Origin: Callorhinchus milii
Taxonomy: Eukaryota
DNA length: 45,036 nucleotides
Assembly: GCF_018977255.1 (NCBI RefSeq)
Contig: NW_024704744.1
Location: 96,428,965 to 96,474,000 of the forward strand
Direction: 5' to 3'
Part shown: positions 36,840 to 45,036 of the stretch, one piece after another
Layout: each line of letters begins with the position of its first letter
Position numbering within the stretch: the stretch's first letter is position 1
The notes under the pieces: model-generated
What the model was told of the DNA's origin: nothing
The model's database searches: none
The model's input: the letters and a program-made list of their open reading frames with translations, nothing else
Translations under genes and position numbers: made by a program

Positions 36840-37180
36840 TGGAAAGAAATTGATAAGGCAGAGAGTAATGACTCCTTTCCTCCAGGAAGCGAAACCAGAA
36901 CAAAGGGTCATCATCTAGAAATTGGTACGAAGCGAATTGCAGTAAAAGCGAGGCCGGGAAACCATTTCTTATTCAAAGAGTTGTTAGAATGTTGAATGCA
37001 TTGTCCCAGAAGGCCATAAATGCAGAATCAATTGAGGTGCTTAAAACGGAGACAGATAAGTACTTGGGAAGCAAGGGTATTAAGGGATATGGAATTTAAA
37101 ATACGAAGGGTTGCCGTGATCTAATAAAAATAGCAGAACAGGCCCAATGGACCGAATAGCATTCTCCTGCTCCTGTTTCA
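36840..37180 (+). mobile_element. CR1 LINE 3' end
   Basis: TRTKGHHLEI...IQRVVRMLNALSQKAINAESIEVLKTETDKYLGSKGIKGYG, then the 3'UTR ggaccgaatagcattctcctgctcct. Confidence 0.85.
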
Positions 37181-37923
37181 GACGTCGCCTCTCTCATAAA
37201 TGAAGTTGATAGCCGTGGGTTTCCAAAGCAACGGAAAAAAAAATTAATTTCAGGACGTTTCCCTCCAGCTTCGAAGCAATAAAAACGTGGGTTAGTAACG
37301 GGCGGCCCTCGCGATTGGAATCCGACGATCTGCTCGGGAAGTTGGGATTGTGCTCACTGCGCACTGCTGGATCGCCACTGTCAAGTCATTTCTCCCGCAA
37401 TGAGCGTACTGTGCGTTCCCAGAGTCAAGTAGGACTACCGAACCGTACTGTGATCTGGCCAGCAGTTAAGGAGCCGCATGCTGATTGTGAATTTTTTTTT
37501 TTTTTTTTGTTTAGATGCCGATAGATTACGTACCTGGTTTCATTTCATCGCATCCGATTTTTTTTTTTACACACACACACACACCCCCACCCACACTGCT
37601 CCATTCGTCTTGTGTCTCCAAAATCCAGATTCATTTCCAGTGCACTGCGAAAGACAGGTTGTCGTGTCAGACATGTCTGCGTCTGCGCCTTCACTCATTC
37701 CGTGTCGTAACCTAAACTAATATATTATATGATATATAATATATGTTGTCTCATGCAATTAACTGCGAAATATCAAGTGTGGACCCCCTCCTCTTTGGCG
37801 GTTTTGAACTGCAGTCATTTTATCAGTTGAACGTAAAGATTATCCCTGAATTTTAATGTGCGTGTCCAGTACCTGCAGATCTACGAGAGGGAGAGAATAA
37901 GACCTATTTATCTCTGATGACAA

Positions 37924-37983
37924 TGTTGGGGACAATCGATTAATAAGAGTAGTTGTTGGGGACCATCGATTAATAAGAGCAGT
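37924..37983. repeat. Tandem duplication, 2 x 30 bp
   Basis: tgttggggacaatcgattaataagagtagt and tgttggggaccatcgattaataagagcagt are 28/30 identical. Confidence 0.9.
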
Positions 37984-38639
37984 GGGAGGGGGGAAAAAAA
38001 AAACCCTACACGTACAAAGCTCTTTAGCGACATTTCATAGCAGCGCAACCTCGACAAACGGATAATTTGGGAAAAAAGAGAAAAAAAAATACGGTTACGT
38101 TATTTCAAAATTCCTTCTTCATTAAGACTCTGCCATGCAGGAAATTAAATGGNTTTTTTTATATATATATACATCCCCTCTCCACATTCTGTCGGCTGAA
38201 ATTGGCTGCTACCAAAAAGTCACAAGGATTGGCAATGTCAGTAAATCTTAAATTGCTACGTACCAAAACAAACTGTTTTCTGTCAAATACAGCTCCGCAT
38301 CTGTTCTCCCTCTTCGGTGCCGTAGCCATAACTGCTCAGTTCCTTGCAAGCAGTTTGGCAGTTTGCTTTTTCCAACGTAGGCAAAGGAATGTGTTTTTTT
38401 TCTTTTTTTTCCTTGATGTAAAACTGCTCGTTTTAGACCCGGTGGCCGTTTAATTCGACCGGGTTCGACAGGTTAATTAAGAATAAAATCTGATGGGAAA
38501 ACGCCAGCGCAGTAGGCTTCAGTCTGTTGTGACCAGCTCAGGACTTTTTTCTGTCAGTTTTTAATTGTTTACTGACTTGAACCCGTAGAGGGAACCCCGC
38601 CGTTAATGAGGAATCATAAGCGAGCGGAGTTCACGTGGA

Positions 38640-38925
38640 GTCACGCGCGCACACTCACTCTCTCTCTCGCACACGCACGCACGTAACACGCGCACTCTTT
38701 TACACGCGCGCACACGCTTACGCAACACTGAAACCCGCAGCACAAGACACACGTTACGTGCACACACCCACTCTTGGACCCCGCACTTACACTCACACAC
38801 TTACACACACACCCACTCTTAGACGCACAAACGCACACACACGCACACACTCTCTTACACCCACACACTTCTTTACCCTCTCACGCACGCCCCCCCCCCC
38901 CCCCCCCCCCCCCCACCACACACAA
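38640..38925. repeat. Degenerate (CA)n-rich tract and poly-C
   Basis: Directly visible. Confidence 0.9.
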
Positions 38926-39162
38926 AGAGAATCACTTCTTTCCGCTTCATCAATGCCAATTTTTTTATCCACGTCATGTCAAATTTAAAGAGCACTGCTT
39001 CCCTGGACACTTGTTGTTTCCCTTGAATGTTGGTGATGGAACACTTGCATGATATGTTCGATGCCTTGCATGGTCAGAACATGCAAAGGCAAATTCCAGT
39101 CTGCATGCTGCTTAATGAGTCTTTTTTTTTCCTTTTTTCTCCTTCCCTGTCTGCGCACACAG

Positions 39163-39180
39163 AAGACAACTACGTTGAAG
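39163..39180 (+). CDS. NRXN1: Alpha-neurexin splice-site-1 microexon, 18 nt, encoding (E)DNYVE(G)
   Basis: Long pyrimidine tract, then ctgcgcacacag|AAGACAACTACGTTGAAG|gtgggt. Phase 1-1; spliced to 18252 it gives DCSEEDNYVEG, matching human NRXN1 DCSQEDNNVEG. Confidence 0.9.
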
Positions 39181-39262
39181 GTGGGTGCTTCACACAATTT
39201 ATCTTCTTCAATCATCTTTTGTACGTGCTAGTACTGTTTAGCGATTTAAAACTGGAACTCTT

Positions 39263-39305
<43 letters not shown>

Positions 39306-40514
39306 GTCGGTGCGGTAAGTAGGTCTTGTATAATTTGTGGAACTGTTCCTTGTTTTGTTATTTTTTTTCAAAAAAAAGACCAAAAAAACACACTTTAACC
39401 CCGAGAAGCGTCATTTGTTTTAACGGCAGCCGTATCGTGGTTTTCTGTTTGTAGTTTTCTTTTTAAAAAAAATTCGATGAGAGGCGGATATTTAAAAGTT
39501 GATTGTGTGTGCAAAAAAAAAACAAACCCATTAACAGTCCAACTATCCAATGTGGGTATTTGGTTACCTATGGAATTATTTCAGGTGGAGAAAATGTATA
39601 ACTCGTGGTCAAAAGCGAATATACATTTCCCGATCAGGGAAACAACCCCAATGTCAGTGGCCAGCCACGTAATCATCTTCTCGCTTGTACATCTGTTGTG
39701 TCTTCTTACTGTTTAAACTCGAGCAGCAATGACCTTCCCCTGGAATTAAATGAACAGTTTAAACACCAGTGCAGGTGGTGAGCAAATCATCATTCACAGA
39801 CGCATTTCACAAGGGGTTGGCCTTCGTCTCAAAAGAAAAAGAAAATCATCATTTGGAGCCGGTGTAATAAATTTCCTTTGACATCACTCGTGACCTTACC
39901 GCTTTCAAACTGTCCCTCCACCGGTACAGCAAGCTCTCTGTCTGCCATATTGAAAATGCACCTCCCCCCCCACCCCCACCAAAATGGGTTGTCTTAGGTT
40001 AAATAATCTGAGCTGGTAAAGCACAAAGGAAATCACAGTGTTAGCATTGCTCACGGACACGGCGGTCGAAGAAGTGGCCGATAGCTGCCTTGTGTGTTGG
40101 TGGGAGGAATAAAGCACCTCATCATGTTATTAACTATTAATAATTTATTTTCTAAATTGGCATATGTGGGGTTCTCAATGGGGTAATGGTGGAATGCCAT
40201 TTTTGCCACCTTTGACTTGCAGTCTCTTCCTTAACCCTGGGATGCGAAGGCCACCTCTCGTTTATCCAATCAGTTTTCTCTATTGTCCTCCGACCAGTTG
40301 TGTGTTCAATTAAGTTTGAATACTCGTCAAATGAATGAGTGGCGAATTTCCCCCAATCAATATTTGCTTCATGAAAACACAAATCCACAGGGAAAATCTC
40401 CACAGTTGATGGAAATCTATTGAAATGGTACCAGTATTAAAATCTTCAGCTATTCCAAAGTAGTTCAGAATTCCTTTGACTAATAATGGCAGTTTTAATG
40501 TTTTCATTAATGCT

Positions 40515-40865
40515 AACATTCACCCACAAAAAACACAGTCACTCTACTTTACAGTATATCCTGTGAAGAGCTTTGAGACGTCCACTCAATGTGGAGGTGC
40601 TGGGCATTGGAGGAGACGTTACACTGAGATCCTGTCTGCATGATTAGGTGGACGTTAAAGATTCCCATGGCACTATTCAAAAAAAGAGAAGAGAAACCAA
40701 GAGGTTCTCATGGTTTCTTGGGAAAAAATTGTTCAAATAAAATAGGTTATTCACTTCATGGCTGTTTGTAAAACATTGTACATCGATCGGCTGCTGTATT
40801 TGCCAACAAAATACAGTGACTATACTTTACAGTATATCCTGTGAAGCACTTTGAGACAGCCTCCC
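40515..40865 (+). mobile_element. SINE tail plus Deu-domain SINE core and tail
   Basis: ggtggacgttaaagattcccatggcactattc core. The block tactttacagtatatcctgtgaag occurs twice (about 40545 and 40823). Confidence 0.85.
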
Positions 40866-40879
40866 AACGGGATAGACCC

Positions 40880-41355
40880 TATAATAATAATAATAATAAT
40901 CTGATTTGGTCATTATGATCTAGCACCTTATCATGTCGTCGAGACATCTCAAAGCGCTTCACCGGATTTACCGTAAAATGGATTGACTGTGTTTTCTGTG
41001 TGTGAACGCAGAAGCCAATTTGCACACAGCAATGTCCCACAAACAGGACAGAGGGAACTGGGCAATATGTATTTGGGGGATTGTCGGCCAGGAGCCCCGG
41101 AAGAAACTCCCTTCTCTTTCCCAGTGGTGCCATGGGATCTTTAACGTCCACCTGAACGGACAGACGGGACCTCAGTTTAACATCTTATCCAAAGGATGAG
41201 ACACCGATCCAAAGGATCAGTCAACAGTGCAACAAAAAACCACCCAATACTGTATGGTAGTGGCAGCTTACATTACGTGTCCAGGTTCCAAAGTGGGGCT
41301 TGAACCCGCAAACTTCTGATTCAGAGACGAGAGCGCCACACTTGCGCCAGGCTGA
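40880..41355 (-). mobile_element. Deu-domain SINE, near full length
   Basis: (AAT)n tail, gtgccatgggatctttaacgtccacctg core, and cttgaacccgcaaacttctgattcagagacgagagcg head. Confidence 0.9.
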
Positions 41356-43129
41356 CACACGCACACGCATTAAATTACATGCTTATTTTGATGACATAAC
41401 CACGGGAGCCATTGCCACCATTCTGAATGACCTTTGTCCACGACAACTCTTTCCTCCGACGTGATTTTTCTTTAATCAGTTGGCCTTTGCTGCGGATCGT
41501 CCTCGATCTCTATTTCGGAAACCTAACTGTCCATCTCCTGCCCCTGCTCTTGCTTTATGTTTTCCCCGTTCTGCTCTCAATTCAACTTTGATGTTTTTCC
41601 CTCTGCCCTTCACCATCCATCTGCTTCACGTTTTGACACGAACTGTAGCCCATAAGGTTGGAAGCATTTTTTACTTTGGAATGCAACAAGACGGTAGAGC
41701 AGGAAGACCCAGAGGTAGGGTATTGCAGAGCGCGCGCCAGACACCAAGCGAAAGAGATTTCTCTTAGTGAGAGGGTGTTTAATTAATGGAAGAGTTTGCT
41801 AGGTTGAGGCCAAAAGAAAACCCCTGAAAAAAAACTTTTGACGTGAAGATGGTAGGCTGGGTACTCAGACGTTCCTAACTCCCGGTTGTTCTTGTGTGTA
41901 TTGTTTTTAATTTCAAAAGTCTTGGGTTTGACTTCTCGGCCCATCCGATTTGAAAGTTGCTCGTGCAAGTTTTATTGTCGTTAAGTGTGTTGACCAAATG
42001 TTGCCGTAACTGTTCAGTTTTTACTATTAATTGTAGCTCATCACTTGGATAGGTCAAATACCTGGCGTAGGGAACGAAATGCTGCTGACGAGTCAATCTT
42101 TAGTTGAGACGGAACAAATCTAATTGATGCCTCTTAACCCCCCACCCCAACCCCTCCCCCCCCAGCTTAACGGAGAAAGTAAGATGACATCAAGTCAACC
42201 TTTAAAACATTGAGCTGAGTCCGTAACAGAATGTGAAAGGGCGTCGATTAAATATTTGAGCGCCAAATTGGAGCTTGATGGCTTCCTCCTGCGTTGTAAC
42301 TTCAAGCGATCGACGGCGTTTCAGAATGCAAGTTCAGCTCTCGTAATCGCGCAGCGCAATGCGCGGCAATGATGCTGGTTTTCGTTGTTAAAAAAAAATG
42401 TCCTATCAAAGTTCATCCGGGGGATAGTATCGAGGAAGCTCTCATCTGCATCTGACCTGTGCTGCAACATGTGAGGGAATGCTTGGCTGCACCAGTGCAC
42501 GTAAAGAGCACAAGCAGATTTTTTTTTCCCTCCAGCGTCGCTGTCAATCACCTAAAAGAGCATCAAATTCAGAGAGGGGAAAAAAAAAAGCAGATAATTT
42601 TTCGTTCCGAACACGAACCCGTTGAGTCTGGCTGACCCCGACTAAATTTCGAATCGTTTTTGTTGTAAAAAAAAGTCTGAAGGTTCCTCCTCTGCCCCCA
42701 AATGAACGATTCCTGCTTCCAATCGTTTGGTTTGACGATAATTTCCGACGTTGTCTGAGGCAGAAGCGCGTGGCATTTTTATCTTGCGATCGTTTACAAT
42801 CCCTAATCGCACGTGACTGCGATTGGGGGCCTCTCCGAACGGGATACGGCGTGTAAATGATCTTTGCGAACCCTCTTTCGAGTCCTTGCTGCACCCGTTG
42901 CAAAGAAAAATCGACATCCGATCGGCCTCATAAAACAGCACAAGTTTCGAAGCAAAAAAAATTTCCGGACAGCGGGACCAATCTAAGCCTCCGCCCGAAA
43001 AAAACCGCAAAGCAAGGAAGGATACGTTTTATACAACACACACAAAAAAAATCACGAGAGGAGGTGAGGTAGATTTGGCCCTGTCTTTTCAGAGTACTGA
43101 CCGATCCATCTGCCTCGCCCGGAATTAGC

Positions 43130-43385
43130 TGCTTCAGAAATAAATCCCAACATCCTGACTGCCGTCATCCTCGTGTCTGTCTTCTGGAACTCCCTGCCTC
43201 AAATCCTCTCGAGTCGCCTCCCCTTTGCCCACCTCCAGATCACACCTGAAGACCTTCCTCTTCGAACGTACCTGCGGTCACCTCCCCTTTCTTCCCGGCT
43301 CGGCGGCAAACGACACCGCTGTTAAGCACGCCGAGCCGTCAACCCACATGAAAGGGGGCTCTATTTTTAATGGGGAATGTTGTTC
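43130..43385 (+). mobile_element. Degenerate L2 3' end
   Basis: FWNSLPQIL...SRSHLKTFLFE followed by a degenerate tail. Confidence 0.7.
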
Positions 43386-44039
43386 TTCTCGTGGTTGCCT
43401 CCTTAAAAATTGCCTTCCGCAATTCGTGTACCCTCTCGGGCGGGCGTTTCAGAGACCCAAGAGGCTGCCCTCGATACCTCCTTCCCATTCTGCTGCGGCC
43501 TCTGCTCACCTTTGCTTCCTCGTTCTAACGCAACCTGATGTTGCGTGAACCACAGCGTCGAGGATCGAAGGTGAAGCGGCACAAACATTCCCGCAGTCGC
43601 TGGCACCACTGAGTTCTTGACTCTGGTTGTCCGTCGCTGTGGATAAGTGCTGAGAAGAAGCTACAGGAGAGACAATCGTTCGGTTAGTTTTTTTCCCTCC
43701 CCCCCCCCCCAGGAACCTTCTCCAACAAACCTGTCAGTGACTGGTTGAGATTAGCTTAGGCTTAACGTGGCAATGGTGCATGTTCTGACCTGACTGACCA
43801 AACGTCCTGGTGGCTTCAAGTCTTTTTTTTTTTGGCTTGGGAGGGATCTGTGATTGAAGACAAAATTAAAGGGAGCAGCGAGTTTTCCAAAAGCTCCGTA
43901 TATTTGAATGTGAAAGGAATCAACGGATCAGCGAACGACCTTTTATTGTTTTTTTTTAACTCAGAAATAGGTCGAGTGTGATCTACAAGAGAGCGGTAGG
44001 CAGCTGTTTCTTCCGTCCTTCAGTTTTTCCTCTTTTTGC

Positions 44040-44280
44040 AACTTGGATGGCCCGTTTCGCCCACAAAGCGCTTGACAGAACATACCATAAAGTGAATTGA
44101 CTACATTTTGTGGGTGAAACACAGCAGCCAATTGCACACAGCAGCGTCCCACAAACAGTCGTGGATTGAGTGACCAGATTATTGTTATTATTTTTTTTTG
44201 AAGGGATTATTACCCCCAGAAAGGCGATCAGCCAATAGACTAACAACCGGGTTCCTACTTACTGCCGGGTAAACAGACGC
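44040..44280 (-). mobile_element. Family A SINE fragment
   Basis: cagccaattgcacacagcagcgtcccacaaacagtcgtgg...gactaacaaccgggttcctacttactgccgggtaaacaga is the core and 3' block in reverse. Confidence 0.88.
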
Positions 44281-44599
44281 AATGTAGCCCAGCACCCCAT
44301 TACTTTATTTACCCCATGGTTAGACGGGATGATACACTCCTTTCTACTCTCGTTGTGTGGGTGAAAATGCAGTAGGACTCGGTTTGCTGTGCTGTTTACG
44401 GTATACACCAGGCCAAGAGCTGTGCAAAGAAATACCAGAGTCTGAGAGAGTGAGAGTAGGGAACAACGGAAAACATAGATCTTTTAATATTAGCAAATCG
44501 GATTAATTCACCCAAATGAAGATTTTCACCTGACTTTACTTGATATTTTTGCGCAAGAAGGCAGCACTTTTTGAACACAATCTGATGTCAAATTTGTTT

Positions 44600-44878
44600 C
44601 CTGAATTGCATCTCTCTGATATCCAACTCCACATCTCTCGGTGCCACCATCAGTGGCTAAACGTTCAGCTGCTAAACTCCTAACTTCCGGAACTCCCTCC
44701 CTTTTATTGCCCCACTGTCTCAACGCCTCAGTGTTTGTCTTCAACTTCCAGCTTAAAACCTACCTCCGCAGCCACCTCTCCCCTACTTAGCGTCCGAGCC
44801 CATCTTTGTAAAGAGCTCGGAAGGATTATCTTCTGACCTGTATGGGGCTACACAAACGCAAGTTGTTGCTGTTGTTGA
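44600..44878 (+). mobile_element. Degenerate L2 3' end
   Basis: ccaccatcagtggc...ggaactccctccct...cttaaaacctacctc and a tail ending gcaagttgttgctgttgttg. Confidence 0.7.
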
Positions 44879-45036
44879 TTTTTTGGGGGGTTAAAAGAAT
44901 GCGGATTGCCTCATTGGGTAGAAGGGGGTTTGAAGGGGGTTCCTGAGCACAAAGTGTGAGTGAGTTCCCTCAACATATTTCTGCGTTTCCCCACACTCTT
45001 GAGCACATTGACTCCTGCAAGTCATTTTTCGGAATG

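Larger units (their letters stand above)
18253..39162 (+). other. Neurexin intron (20,910 nt) between the EGF1 exon and the SS1 microexon
   Basis: GT...AG boundaries with phase 1 at both ends; the join reads DCSE-EDNYVE-G. Confidence 0.85.

Noticed and set aside
39181-45036. Search for the next neurexin exons (GLAHLMMGDQ, GKSK, LNS2 start)
   Set aside because: No matching codons with splice sites were found by eye; they are presumably downstream of the window.

Overview
Vertebrate genomic DNA, not prokaryotic. The repeat content (Deu-domain SINEs, a tRNA-headed SINE, L2 and CR1 LINE fragments, N gaps) suggests a cartilaginous fish, probably a chimaera such as the elephant shark; this is inference. 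The only gene is the 5' part of an alpha-neurexin on the + strand. Its large first coding exon (ATG 17532 to donor at 18252) encodes the signal peptide, LNS1 and EGF1. A 20,910-nt intron follows, then the 18-nt splice-site-1 microexon 'EDNYVE' at 39163-39180; the rest of the gene lies beyond the window. The protein is closest to NRXN1 but has several NRXN2/NRXN3-like states, so it could be a fourth neurexin paralogue. The remainder is putative promoter/5'UTR, microsatellites, a 27-bp minisatellite, a small MITE-like element and many retroposon fragments. Almost all other ORFs in the track are spurious. Comparisons with human neurexins and repeat consensuses are from memory, not from a database search.
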